The notes: generated by a model not told the origin, from the letters alone. DNA of 64,000 nt from the human T2T-CHM13v2.0 reference genome, Homo sapiens (GCF_009914755.1 NC_060929.1), one strand, 5' to 3'; counted from the first letter of the stretch, positions 1 to 15,117 are shown. Translations and numbers: made by a program.

Positions 1-1043
1 CTGGAGCCCAGGCTCAGCCGGAACCAACCTGAAGGCTGGCTTTCTAGGAAAGTCTCCAGGGCAAGCACTTAGGGCTTGTTGAGATCTCCAAGGCTGCCAG
101 GCCTCAGAGGCGCCTGGGCAATGAAGGAAACAGACCTGGGTGAAAGATTTCAAGTGAGGGCCTCTCTCGTGTTGACAGAGCTGTCCAGAGTGAATGGAGC
201 CGCCAACAAGAGCACCCACTACGCGCAAGGCAGTAGCAACAAAGCTGTCTTCAAGGAGCACGCGGTCGAGATGGCAAAGTAGCAATCCTGCACGTCCTCC
301 TACACAATCACCCGCCTGGGTTTCTGCCACCCCACCCTGCATCCCCCAGGTCTGACCTCCTGCCTCCAGCAGCCATTTTGGCCCTGCCTCGATGGGGCTG
401 TGGGCAAGGGTGAGACCTGGGGATGCTGTGCCTGGATCAGGAGTCTAGGTGTCGGGACTTGCATTTAACGAGCGGGCAGGAGAGCTCAGGAAGAACATCC
501 CCAAAGTGCAGAAGGAGAATTGACACATGTCATCCTCTCACCTTTCAGCCCCACAACCAAAGCCAAAAATGTCAGAGCAGAAAACTGCAGAAGTCAAGAC
601 AGTTCAAACCCGAGCTCCCACTTAGGGCTGGAAACTGGGGCTCTGACTGGCTGCATCATGGGGAATCTCAGTAGGGAGCCACCAGGTCCCGGGCCGAGGC
701 GTCCTAGAGAATGTCCAGGGCTCTTCCAGCTGCGAGGCAAGGCCATGCCACACGCAAAAGGAAACCAAGTCTCAAGACAGCAATGGTGGAAGCGACAGAC
801 TCTGAACTGGACAGACCTGGGTTCAATCCCAACTACAAGACTTAAGTGGGGGTCCTAGAGAAGCTAGTTAGGAGGCTCAGTTTTCCCATCTGTAAAAGGG
901 GGGTGCTAAGAACCTGTCTCTTGGGGGCTGCTGTGAAGTATAAATGGGATTGTGCCTGTAACACCCCTGGTACAGTGGTGGCTTATAACCCCCTTCCATG
1001 TAAGCAAGAGTGAGCTCCACAGGCCCAAATCAATCCTAAAACA

Positions 1044-1113
1044 TTACGATGAACCAAGTGAAATTGCCATTTTTATAGGTTAAATATTGACAATTTCATA
1101 TGGTTCAACCTAA
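1044..1113. mobile_element. MADE2 (mariner-derived MITE), palindromic
   Basis: Ends tgaaccaagtgaaattgc ... caatttcatatggttcaacctaa match MADE2 terminal inverted repeats. Confidence 0.8.
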
Positions 1114-2949
1114 CAGCATCCCAGGGGCTAGAGGATCTCATTTGTGTCCACTAAACTAGACTAAGAGTTAGTACTCTTCACTTCAGTATCAGGCACAGCA
1201 ATGACCCTCCTTCCCCCTCATTTAGAGACGAAGAAGATACCGAGGTTCTGAGAGGTTAAGTAACGTGGCCCAAATCATATAACTGGAAAGTGACAAAGCC
1301 AGGGTTTGTACTCGGGCCTGGCTGCCTCCAAAGCCTGCAGCTTAAACACGATGACACACTGACTGCTCGGCCTGGGGCCAGCAGGGCGTTATCACATGTG
1401 ATTGTGTCTCAGCACCAAGGACGTCAGTGGCCGTTGCCTTAGAATCATGGGACCTTGGGACTGCGAGGGTACAAGCAGTTAATGGCTTTGTTCAAGAAAC
1501 ACACTTGGGCTGGGCATTTATTCTAGGCCAGGCCCTGAAGACAAAATGGGGGGTTCACACCCTAGACGATGATGAACTCAATGTGTACGTGTCATGATAG
1601 GATTGGTCCACTGGGGCCTCAACGTCAAAGCTGGGTACCCTGGTGAGGTAACGGAAGGGTTGCCGAGAAACAGGCCAACTAGGCTGGTCTAGGATACCTT
1701 CTTGACAATGCCCCAACCGAATCCAGCCTCATCCTCCCTTCCCGCTGAGCTTGGGGTCAGGACAAGGAGAAGAGAACTAGATAGGAATGTAAAGGGAGTA
1801 TGCTCTCAGACCCTGGGGACAGCCACCTTTTAGGGGTGTCATAGGGGAGGAGAAGGGATTCCTCCATGAAATCACATGTGGTTTCTGAAGGCCAGATTCT
1901 GTGGGTACCCTTGGCCACTCCTGGACCCCTCCCTTGTTGGGCTCCTAATCTGCCAGAGACTAATCCCTGCCCCTGTCCCTATGTGAGCCCTATGTGGACT
2001 TCTTTGCCATCCTACACTGTCCTCTCTCCTGTAGAGAAAACTTGGGTAGTAAATAAAATGTAGACAATTTACCGTAATCACTAACAACATTTAAGAGTCT
2101 AGAATGTGCTTAATGTGCTCTATCTTAGCAATCCTATGAGGTCACACTACCCTATCATTTCCGTTCTGCAGTGGAGAAAGGTAAGGCCCAAGGAGGTTGG
2201 GTAACTTGTTCAACCTAGGAATCAAACAGGCTGACTGCACGGTCAGAGGTCTTAAAAACTGTCCATGTTTCCACCATCAGAGATGATGCTTTGGGCATGC
2301 TTCTTCTCAGACCCTTTTCCTATGCATAGAAATATTTTTCAAAATTATGATCACACTATATATATGATTTGGTTTTTTTCATTTGCATGAGATGGCGGTC
2401 ATTTCTCCACTTCATCAAACATCCTTTGGACAAACCACTTTTAAAGATGCCTTTATAGTTCATTGTAAGGCTATATATATCATTTATTTAATCATGCCTC
2501 CAGTGATAAACATTTAGGCTACTTTGAACATTGTTTAAATTACCATACTGCTGAATATCCAAATATATAAATCTTTGGGAGAAAACAGCTACAAATTTTA
2601 AGGAGTACATCCTTAATTAGAGTCTGTTTCTTAATATGTGGTCATTCCAGATGGCCCGTGTCACATCATTTGAGGTTGCTTACTCAAAATGCACATCACT
2701 AGTCAGATAAATGATGATGATGATGATGGTAAAGATAATAATAACAGGTAATTTATTCAGCACTTCTACATGCCAGGAAGGGCTCTAAACCCTCTACATG
2801 AATAATCCACAGTGGATACTCTTGTTAGCCTCATTCTGTAGAAGAGGAAACTGAAGCACGGAGAGGTTCAGTCACTGACTCAAGATCACACATGGCAGAG
2901 CCAGGTCCAGCCCATGCCATCTGGCTCCCAAGTTCCACCTCTTCCACCC

Positions 2950-3432
2950 AGAGGGGTCTTTCATCTTTTTTTGGAGCCATGAATCTCTTTGGCATCTGAG
3001 GAAACCCACGGACCCCTTCTCAGAATGATTTAAAATGAGTAAAACACATAGATCCCAAATGAAACTAATGATACTGAATTATAGTTATCAAAATGTTTCA
3101 AAAAACAAAATTATGACTATATGTACGTTTTTATTAAAACCACAAATAACAGAACCTCGTGGTGGGTCTAATGACACCGTAACTTGGAAATAGTAAGGAG
3201 TATAGATGCTCTCCAGGCATCCACGCAACGACTGTCAAGTAAGATGAAAATAAGGGAATCGCTATTTGTGACAAAGTCACATGTATTACTACTATCACCG
3301 CGAGTTGCTGCCTTCATTCATCACAGAAGGCAATGCTAAATTTCAGTCGGAGGTTAGTGAAAATTAAGATTTAATTCTTCCCCTTCTACGTTCAAGGGCC
3401 CTCTGAATTCCACCCATGTAAAGAACCCCACT
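2950..3432. mobile_element. hAT-Charlie DNA transposon fossil (MER119-like)
   Basis: aggggtct... start, ggaccccttctcagaat internal motif, ...taaagaacccc end. Confidence 0.6.
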
Positions 3433-4019
3433 GCTAGTCAGCTTTCCCAGCCCCTGAACACCCCTTTGCTTTTGAACCCAGCTGACAGTGCACCTCTCTG
3501 TCCCAGCAGGAACGGGTACTCCAGGCCCTGTCGCAGCCCTTATCCTATGGAGATGCATTCTGAACAGATGGTGACCTCTGTGAGGACAAGACTGTGCTTG
3601 GTCATCTTAGCCTCTCTCTGGCTCTGGGCCAGACCTGGCCCAGGGCAGACAATAAACCCACATCTGTGGAACTGACTGGAAGCCAACAGTGGCCTGAAGC
3701 CACAGGCTGCTGATTCACACCTTGGCTGAGGAGGAGGAAATGGTGACGCCAACGCGTGGGTTCTAGCTTTCTTTGCCAGCACAGCGGGCGGGGGGCCATG
3801 CAATTCTGCTTAATTAAACAAAACAGAAAATACCATGCTTATGTGCTTGAAGGCAACTTTTCCATTCAGGACGGAGGTCGGGGCTGGGAAAGTGACTATC
3901 CCCTTATTACCAGTCAGTGATAGGCAGGGGAGCCAAAAGTGATCCTGGCAAACTGCTTCACCTTTCTAAGCCTCAGTTTCCACATTTGTGAAATGGGCTA
4001 ATAACAGCATCCATGTAGC

Positions 4020-4450
4020 AGACATGTATTGTTTTTGCCTGTCCAAGCTCCATGCCCCCTTCTCCCAGCAACAGCGCCCTGAATCTCCTTCCACAACTAT
4101 CCCTCTCACTACCAGTGATTTCAGTGGGACCGTCGATCTTAATATCCCACTCACACCTGGCCCATAGGGTCAGGTAATCCGGCTGGGCCAGTCAGAGTCT
4201 CTCCTGGATCTGGACTCTTGAGTGGCTAAAAGGTCTGAAAATGGATGGATCAGCTGCCTGCCTGGTGATGTCCTAATACCTACTGGAGTTCCCACTCCCT
4301 GGATGGCTCCAGCTGCCCACGTTCTTTCCAAGACTGGGTGCTGAGCTTTCCCCCTGATTCTGACAGCCCCACCTTTCCAATACATTCTGTTTGGCTTAAG
4401 TTAGCCAGGTCTGTTTCTGTCACATGCAATCCCAGAATCCTGACTAATAC
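4020..4450 (+). mobile_element. Old MaLR LTR (MLT1K-like)
   Basis: 3' end gcttaagttagccagg...tctgtcacatgcaat...gactaata is typical of MLT1. Confidence 0.55.
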
Positions 4451-5115
4451 TCCTTATCTCACAGAGCTGCTATGTGGATTCAAAGACATAAAGCATGAAA
4501 AGCCTTGAGCACATAGTAAGCGCTTAGACAAATGATAGCTCTTCTATACTGTTAAGAATAAAAAATTACTATTGAATCTTGAGAACAAAACAAATTTGGA
4601 GTTATTTAATTGCCCTGGAATTTCAGGATTACTACTGGCTTGCAGAGTCCCCTCTAATAACCTTCCCTCTCTCCCTCCATCTCCACTGTCTGCACATGGC
4701 TCATTTGGACAGGGGCTCCTGGGTCTGTCTGTGCTCTGCTCCCTGGATTCACCCATGAAGGGCTCTTCTACCCACCCCTCAAGTTGGGGAAGTGCTTCTG
4801 AGCACCAGCTCCTCCCGCTACTCCAGTGACTGCCTCTGGCCCCGAGCCCTGGCCTCAGCCTTCGTGTGCTGTACTGGAGCTATGGCCTTCCTGGGGGGGG
4901 ACCATGCCTTCTCTCCTGTGGTTCTCAGGTCAGCCAGGAGCCCCCAGGTCCTTCTGGCCCCTCTACCCACAGAGCTTCATCTCCATTATTCAAACCTCTT
5001 CTGCTTTTTCAAACACGCCATGTGCCAGGGTTTCCATTTCTTTGCCCTCCTGTTCTCTCTACCTGTAACTCCTTCACCCTTGCCCACTTGGCAGCATCCC
5101 TCCCATGCTTTGTGA

Positions 5116-5516
<401 letters not shown>

Positions 5517-5571
5517 CCTTATAATGAAGGCTTCTTGGTGGTGGTTGCTGTTTTTCCAAAGTGGTAGCTCT

Positions 5572-5733
5572 GGCAGCTTTGCCAGATAAAGAATAGGATG
5601 ACCAGTAAAATCTGAATTTCGGATAAACAACAAATAATTGTTTCTCATAAATATGTCCCAAATATTGCATGTTTATTTGAAACCGAAATTGAACTGGGCA
5701 TTCTGCATTTTCATTTGCTAACTCTGGCCACCC
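5572..5733. mobile_element. MER3-like hAT-Charlie MITE
   Basis: tgccagat...gaatttcggataaacaacaaataat...tctggccaccct. Confidence 0.7.
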
Positions 5734-7489
5734 TCAGCCCTGGGAAAGCCTGAGACAGGGCTGCAGAAGCAGGCAGGTGAGCTCTGCCCACAGCCCCTCC
5801 TCCCTTTACCACCTGAAGAAGACCCTGGGCTGAGAGTCATGCCCGCCTGCAGGTGTGCATCTGGGCCAGCAAATAAGGGAGGAGAAAGTCCTGCAGTTTG
5901 GAGAATGGGGCAGAGGCCGATGGCTTGTGGCGGAGCTCAGGTCCGCAGGCTTCTGCAGAGGCAGAGTCCGGAGGAGGCAGCCACACGAGCCCTGCCCCCG
6001 GCCCACTGCTGGAGGCACTGAGCCTCCTGAGTCTGTCATGTCAGCTGGTTCCCGTGTCACGTCAGTGGGCAAAGGATGCCAGCTCCACCCAGGGGCCAGC
6101 TGACCCCCCCGACAAGGGCTCTAGGATAGGGACCACAGAGCCTCGGCTTCTGGGCATTACCCAGGCCAGCAGCACCCCTCCTCAGGCATTCTGCATAAAA
6201 GCTCATTGGATCTCCCCAACAAAGCCCCCTACTGCCCAGAGAAGGCTCAGGGCCAACAGTGAGTGAATGACAGAACCAAATTAGAACCCAGGCCCTGCCT
6301 GCAGAAGCCACATGGCCTTCTCAATAAACCTGTCTTCTCTTTTGGCCACTTGTGGGTGCTCACAACTCCCTGGTTGAACCCACCAGACTAACAGGCTGCT
6401 CGGGGGGCAGTGGCTCCCTTTCCTGCAGCTGCAGGGACCCACAGCTGGCTTCATCGCCAAGAGGAAGGGGAAAACTGAGTCATGCAAAGCAAGACTGCTC
6501 CCCTGACATTCCCGCTACCACAGCTCTTTCTCCGAGGAAAAAAGGATGCACAATTTGCAAGCAGGACGTGAGTGTCACGGCGGGAACGGCACAGTCCCTC
6601 TAGCCTTCCTTGTTTGGCAGTGTGATAACTGGGCTGCTTGCCGACTTGCCTGCACCTCCGGTGGGAGGCAAGAGGATGCATGAAACGCCCAGGGAAGTGG
6701 GCTGTAGGGCACACCTCTAACCTGGATGACGTTTCTGGTGCCCTGTGACCTTAGGGTACAGACCATGCTGGATCTGCAGAACTTGAGCCTACAATTCTTC
6801 CCAACCCTATTTGGCTGCAAGCACGATGGGGAAGGGCCTGGACTTGCTGAGCAAGGAACATTTTAACTAGGAAAGCATCTGCCCAGACCTTCCCTCGTGG
6901 TATTTTAAACTCATCGCTTTCTAGTTCTCTAGCTCACGGACTGGAAAGCCACATCCAGAGACCTCCCTCTGTGGCAGGAGTGGGGAAAGAGCCTCTGAAG
7001 GCTGGTGCCTGCCTCAGGAGGACAGGAGAATCCTTTGGGACAGGATGGGGCAGCAGGATGTGGGGATCTGGCTGGAGCTGCCCCAGCTTGACGCAGCTTC
7101 TTTTTAAAAATGAGCATTTGCTGTTTTTTTATTTTTACTAAAAACAAGAATATGTGTTCATTGCAGAACATTCGGAAAAGAGAAAAGCACAGAAAAGCAC
7201 AGACAAGCAGAAAAAAAAAAGGAATGACATTTTATCAGCTGTATTTCTGAGCTTACACAGACTCATATTTTCATCCTTCGTTTGTAATCAGGTGAAAATC
7301 AGCCTGAGCATGCTATTTTGCAAACCAGCTTTAGCTATTTAATATGCTTGTGATAGAAGATGGAACACAGTTTTACCATCTTGATGGTATTCTAGCTCAT
7401 GGATATAGCACGTTTTATCTTTGCATCTCTACTGATGCACTTTTAAGTAGTTACCAACCTTTTATGATCATAAATGATACTAGGTTTGT

Positions 7490-7682
7490 ACACTCCTAAT
7501 ATAGTTTACCATTATCAAACCTCAATTACATGCTAGGCCCCTTTAACTCTCACATTAGCCCTATGAAATTGGAACTATTTTTATCCTCATTTTATAGATG
7601 AGGAAACTGAGGCACAGAGGCTTGTCTGAGGTCACACAGTTGGTAGGTGGCAGAGCAGGGATTTGAACCCAAGCTGTCTGAT
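7490..7682 (-). mobile_element. MIR
   Basis: cattttatagatgaggaaactgaggcacagag core; one of many MIR fragments in the window, not all listed. Confidence 0.8.
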
Positions 7683-8364
7683 GTACTTTCTCAGCCCACT
7701 AGAGGCGCAGAATGGCATTGATTCAAAGTCTGAACTAAAGTGACATTTAAATAATTTGAAGATATGACTGCTCCACCTCCTTTGACCCTGAGACACCTGC
7801 AGCAGCACAGAGTGCACCAGAGCAGGCTGGGACTTCTCCCATTGAGGATGACCGGCCAGGTGAGCTGAGGGGCTGGTGCATTGCACCTATGGGGTGGGGT
7901 GGGGGATGGGATGGGGGAGCATGGTTGACCAGGTCCCTAGCAGAGCATCCCAGATCAACACAGAAATGCCCTTTGCTTGCCACTCACTTGGCATACATAG
8001 CTTGCCTGTGTGACAAGCACCTACTTTTTCCCAATCCAAAGAAAGCAATAGTCGTTAAAGAAAAACCTACCCAAGGGGCCTTAAGAGGGCCCTAACTCTT
8101 GTGACACAGACACAGTAGAGGACAAGAACTCTCCTGTGCAATAGGTAGGAATGGCTCTGCCTTGCTCCCGGGGGCCTATCCCAGCAGCAGCATGGGCCCA
8201 GCCTGGGGCAGGTATCCCCCAGAATGCCTCTTGAATGAAAAGACCACGAAAACTGCATAGTGTGCCTTCTGGGCAGCAGGCCGGAAAGCGGTGCAGAAAT
8301 TTAGATCACGACTATTATTATCATCAATAGTACTTTTCATGACTACCATTTATTGAGTACCTTT

Positions 8365-8464
8365 ATTTTATTTTTGCCGACAGAGTCTCCCTTTGTCACC
8401 CAGGCTGGAGTGAAGTGGCGCAATCTCGGCTCACTGCAACCTCCACCTCCCAGGTTCAAGTGAT
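8365..8464 (-). mobile_element. 5'-truncated Alu with 17-bp TSD
   Basis: Alu right-arm 3' part flanked by atttattgagtaccttt (8348-8364) and atttattgagtgccttt (8463-8479). Confidence 0.85.
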
Positions 8465-9494
8465 TTATTGAGTGCCTTTTATACCCATGAGGCTGAGCAT
8501 TGTGTGCTAGGTACTATGACTATTCCCATTTTACAGATCCTCACATAGTGCAAGGTCACCCCGCTCAGGAGCGCTTGAAGAGAATTCAAAGCCAGGTCTT
8601 TTCATCATGAAGGTAACGGTGGGTTGGAAAGACATGTGCTAGCAGTTTTATTCTTCCCAGCAGCAGGGCTGGAGCACAGATTCCGTGCATACATCACCAA
8701 AAGCCTGCACAATCGTCCCAGAAGGAAGTCACTGCACCTATTTTACAAATGTAAAAACTAAGGGGGGGCATTCGGCCAGTTGTCCAAGGCCATGAAGAAC
8801 TTGAACCCAGATGTTTACCTCTAACACCCGAGTTCTTTCCACTCAACTTTGCTGCCCTGCCCTCTGTGTTCCCACAAAACAGGTGCCAGGGATAGGAGGA
8901 GAGGGAGGAAACTGGGGGCTGGAGAAGATAATGAAGCTAATTTGGGCAGCAGATCCATGGTTTGTTCTAGACCATTGGGCTCACCTGCTGGAGGCCCCTT
9001 AAGGGACTGAGAATGCCAGTAATGCCTACTAAGGGCGCAATCTACTCTTCCAAACTCAGCTGCTCAGCACAGTGACCCCTAGGCTTCTGGAGCCTGGCAA
9101 ATCAAAGAGGGAGGTTTCAGGGCTGGCAGTACAGAGCCTGCAGAGCCATCACTCCAGGGGCACCATCTACCCAGAGCTTCCTGGGGTGAGAATGACTAAG
9201 GGCTGGCGGTGGCTTGCACTTCTTCAGTCGGGGCTGAATAAATGGTGAGATCAGAGAAGGGCCTGGGATGGCCCCAGTATCTCATATAAGGGGAAACCGG
9301 GGTCCAGAAGCCTAAGTGACCCATCCAAGGTCAGTCAGCTCCGTGGTGGAATCACAGGATCCCCCTATGTTTCTCCCAGACACAAGGGCATGTAGCCCAA
9401 TTCCCACGCAGCCACTCCTTGCTGTGTGACCTCAGGCACATGCCTCCACCTCTCTGAATCTGCAGACTCCTCCAGGGGAAAACAAAAAACTAAT

Positions 9495-10530
9495 GTAATT
9501 ACCTGAAGGATTAGTATCCCAAATGTATAAATAAATCCCGCCAATCAATAAAAGACAAATAACCCAATATATCGAAAAACAGGCAAAGGACAAAAACTGG
9601 TAATTCACGGAAGAGGAAACTCAGATAGCCGATAAAGGTATGAAAAGCTGCTCAACCTCACTGGTGTGAACAAGCACCACTTTTGCACCTATTGGATTGG
9701 CAAAGACTGAAAAGTCTGATGATACGGAGTGTTAGCAAGAACAGAGAGCAAAGGGAACCCTGAGGATGTAAGTGCAAAGTTGAAAACACACAAACCCCAA
9801 GACCGTGGGACCCTGTGCAAGGAGGCAGCTGTAAGAAAGTCAACTGCTGGAAACATCCTAACAGTTCCCGGCACGAGCTTGAAAAAACAGGGGCATGTTC
9901 ATCAATGCCATAGTAAGCGACAGTTAAAACGAACTGGAGCTAGCTGGATCGACATAGATCTCAAAAGTGCTTATTTATAGTTTTAAAACATTCACGACAA
10001 TACAAGATTTTAGGGAATGTTAAAAAGGGAAAAACATTAAAAGGTCCATGGGCTGTGGTGGGAAGGGGATTGATGGCAAATGGGCGTGGGGGATCTTTCT
10101 GGGGATGATGGAAATGTTATAATACTGCATTGTGGTGACGGTTGCATAGCTCTGCAAATTTACTTTAAAAATAAGTGAATTGCACACTTACAATGGGTGA
10201 ATTTTATGGTATGTAAATTATACCTCAAGAAAGCTGTTAAAAAAAATCCTATCTATTAGTCTATTTTTTATAAGTGCATGGGAATGATCAACATCAAATG
10301 CAGGATAGTGGTTTTATGGGGGAGGGGCAGCATCGGGGAGGGCGTCCGGGGGGTTTGCATCTGCGATGCTTTATTTCTTAAAAATAAAAACAAAAAAGTT
10401 TTGAAACAAATTGGCAAAATATAGAGATGTGAAGACTTGGAAGGTATATAGATATAGATAGCTATTTTATTCTATGTATCTATATATGTGCAGAATATTG
10501 TATTACTATATTGAAAATATACCCATTTGA
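9495..10530 (+). mobile_element. L1ME-type LINE fragments (3' end)
   Basis: gaaaagctgctcaacctcact and tgaattttatggtatgtaaattatacctcaa motifs of old L1 3' ends. Confidence 0.7.
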
Positions 10531-11358
10531 AAGGGACCCAGTGCCCCGCTCAGGTTACCGAGGACACTTTGACCACTGTTATTCTTGCTGCCATAAATAT
10601 TCCGACCATCCTGCTCCTCTTAACATTTAAAGATCTTGAGACAGAGCAGGCCAGCATCTCCAGGCTCCTGCTGCCGAGACACTAATGCTTCTGTACATCC
10701 CTCTCCAGTGCGGGAAATGGGGTGATCCAAATAAAACCCACAAATCCTACCTGGAGCTCTTCTTCCTCCCCCCAAGCTGAAGACAAGCTAGCTGGGGAGG
10801 GTCTCCCAGGATGTCACCCTCAAAAGCCCCTCTCCATTCATCCCCAAGCCCTCGGGCTCTAGTGCAGGAAAGATGCTGGCAGAGAAAGGCAGGAGCTCCC
10901 CAAATCTTCATCTCCCTGCTTCCAACAGAGGGCAGTGGCTCCAGGGAAAGGCTCTCCAAACAATATCATGGTTCATTGTCATCAGCCTCTCAGGATCTCA
11001 CAGGCACCTGGAGCTTCTGGCCCTGCATTCTCCAGACCTGGCCTGTGGCTCTGCCCCTGGGCCCATGGATGATGTCTCTGCCTGCGGGTGACTGAGGCTG
11101 GGGCTGGAGAGGACGCCATTCTGATCATGGAGAAGGCACCATTTCAGAGGGAGCAGGTGGCCCAGCCCTGATGGGCAGCCCTGAACTCCGGGTGCAGTTC
11201 TCCAATGACATCTACAGCACCTGTGACCCTGTCCCTCACAGGCAAGTGAGTGATGAGCAGGTAGTGGCCGAGATGGCTGCAAATGGGGAGAGGGGTAGTG
11301 GGAAATTAGGGGGCGTAGTGAAGAGGACTCTCAAAAACTGACTTTATAGTCTATGGCG

Positions 11359-11574
11359 CAGTGGCTGGGGTGGGAATGTGTGTGGTGCTGCCCCCTAGAG
11401 GACATGCAGCAATCAATGCCTGGAGGCCTTTTGGGTGTCACAATTGGGAAGGGGGATAACTAGCTGGGTAGAAGCCAGGGAAGCTGCTAAACATCCTGCA
11501 ATCCACAGGACAGCCCTGAAACAAAGAATGATCCAGCCCCAAATGTCAAAAGTGTTGAGTTTGAGAAACTCTGC
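11359..11574. mobile_element. MER20 DNA transposon
   Basis: ggtagaagccagggaagctgctaaacatcctgcaat...ccccaaatgtcaa...tgagaaactctg. Confidence 0.8.
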
Positions 11575-13817
11575 CCTTGAGGGATGTAGCAGTATTTACA
11601 CAGAAGCTAGAGCTCAGAGAGGCAAACCAACCAGTCCGAGGTCACACAGCAGAAAAGTTCAACTCCCCAGCTGATGCTGTCTCTCCAGGGTGGCTTCAGA
11701 AAAAGGGATACCAAATGGGAGTCAAAGTCCAGGCCTGCCAATAGCTGCCTTCATGCCCGCTCTTTCCAGATTGTGTGAGGGGTTGGGGTGGAGCTTGGGA
11801 ACAGCAGCGGTCGCCCACCACAGGGATCTGTTTCCATTGGGTTTGGCCCCCCTGCCATCAAGGCAGTAAATGTTCTCTGTTCCTGTGGATGACTCAGGCT
11901 TCAGTTCAGCCCATTGCCCCTCCTCATCTGATGAACCCAGAAGCCTGGGCTAGAAGGGAGAGGGCCTCTTGAATCACATGAGTGACTAAAGCCACATGCA
12001 GAAAAACAAGTTCTTGATGAATCCCCCTACCATGTGACTTTGGCATGTTCCCAATCAGTGACAAGATACCTCAGGACAGGCAGGCAGGGAGCTATGCCTT
12101 TAGGGCATTTAGGAATGCCCTAAGGCAGCCTGTCATGCGGCTGCTACCTCTAGGAAATGGACACCACCATCCCCATTACACAGATGAAAAAACTGAGGCT
12201 GAGGTGACACAGCTACAACCTGGGAGGCCAAGATCTGAATCCCAATCTATGTTTTAACATAGAAACTTGTCTCAGGGGGCCCCCAAAAAGTGGCTGAAAG
12301 CTTCAAAAGACGGTTCTCAAAGCGCAAAACCTTCAAAAAACTGGCAAGGATGGAGCTGACACAGCAGAGAATGAAAAGCTTCCAGGTTTTCACTAATGAT
12401 AAGAGAGATTTCCCAGTTTTTCAGAGGACTTTGCTCAGAGAAACTATAGGGGTACCGGATGTGGGAAGTGGTGTGGTCCTTTTGGGGTCCAGCGGGCCTG
12501 GATCTACATCCCTGCTTGGCTCTTGACTGTGACCTTAGGCGTGGGACCTCACTTTGCTGAGCCCTGGTTTCCTCATCTGTCAAATGGGCTTAAGGCCCTC
12601 TGCCTGATATGGGCGTGATAGGAGAGGCCAGAAGAGGGCGCGTGGACGATGATGGCCGGGCCTCGGTGGCAGTATCTATTCTCGTTTTTGCCAGCTCACA
12701 GACCTGGTGGGAGGTGGCATGGAGAATTCCAGACTTCCTCCAGTTGCCATGTTGGTGAAAACTGTCTTCATGCCAAAGAGGCAAACTCACTTACACGCTA
12801 ACAGGCTCAAACAAGAAACTAAGATTTGGCAGCATTTGAAAACAGTTAACAAAAAATAAAAAAAGGAAGGAAAAAAAAAAGACAATTTAGCTCAGCTCTG
12901 GAATCAAGGGAAACTTCACTCTATATAAAGATGCCACAGGTCCAGGAAATAGCTTCCCACCGCCTGGCTAAGGGCTGAATAACTGGCTGCCCAGCCAATA
13001 ACAATACAGACTCACACAGCACACCCTTTCTTGTGGAGAGCGCGGAGTGGGTTCCCGGCTATCTCCTTTCAGAATTTCACAGGCTATTCACGGAAGGCAT
13101 GCAGATCTACTTTGTAAGAATTAGTTCTTAAAAAAAAAAGATCTGAAGACGACTTCCAGGGAGGCCAAGGAGCTTAATTTAGCCAGCCAACGCCCTTTTC
13201 TATTCATTGTTCTATACTTCTTTGTTAGGATTTTTTCCCTCCCTCTTACTCTTTTTCCCTTCCTGGTTAACTTCTCTGCAGCCAGGCTCCGCCACTGCCC
13301 ACTTCTCACCGCCAGAGACACTATAGCCCCCTTCCCTGCTGTAATGAGGCCCTCCCCAAGGCCTCATGTGGGCCCATCACCCCACATCCCCTTTATCTCC
13401 ACCTAGAACCTGCGAGGTGGTCCCAGGGCCTCCTGAATCTGCAGACGTGTCCCCTAGGTTGCTGCGGAAGCCACTTTCCACCTGCAGGTCACCGTCAGCC
13501 CCAGGCACCCCTGCTGGAGGGAGGGAAGCCCGAATGCAGCTCTATGTTCCAGGACCTGCAACCTCTGAGCCTCAGCCTTCCTATCTGCAAAACGACGCTA
13601 CTGTCCCATTTTCTCAAGTCCTTGCCAGCTCCAAACAAGATTCCCATGTTCCAGAGGGAGATGCCAGGAGAAAACTTTCGTACATTTTAAAACAGAAGTT
13701 ACTGGAGAGAGGGGGCAGGGGATGTTTTTAACCCTTTAAAGGCGTAGCCACTCAAATGATCCATTCCCAGAGATCTCCTCCATCGCCCAGGCCGGCTCTT
13801 GCCAAAGAACGGAGTCA

Positions 13818-14783
<966 letters not shown>

Positions 14784-14825
14784 TCATTCCAGCACTCTCG
14801 CTCCGGCAGCCGCCATCCACCGCCA

Positions 14826-15117
14826 GTTTGGAGAGCCGGACACCCGGGTTCGAATCCCGGCTTTGCCGCTTTTCCACTCTGTGCCCTCGGCAAGTTGCTT
14901 AACCTCTCTGGGTTGGGTCTCTTCGTCTATAATATGAGCCTAGTAGTACAAGCACCATGTTTGTCTTTTTGTGTCTGGCTTATTTCACTCGGCATAATGT
15001 CCTCAAGGCTCATCCATGTTGTAGCACGTGTCAGTAGTACCGCCTGCCTGCCGGTGCTGCGCCCGGGATTAAGTGCATGTGAAGCCATTCCGCAGTGCAG
15101 TCCATGGTATGAGTGCT
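14826..15117 (+). mobile_element. MIR at CpG-island edge, interrupted by an L1-derived insert at ~14950-15034
   Basis: gggttcgaatcccggctttgcc...ggcaagttgcttaacctctctg core; resumes after the insert with tagtacc...ggattaagtgcatgtgaagc. Confidence 0.75.

Noticed and set aside
7696-7710. CTCF-like CCACTAGAGGCGC
   Set aside because: One G short in the highly constrained GGGC core; too weak without data.
12290-12526. Basic 78-aa ORF (MAESFKRRFSKRK...) as a micropeptide
   Set aside because: GTG start, antisense within intron 1, and possibly a decayed CR1/L3 remnant; no supporting signals.
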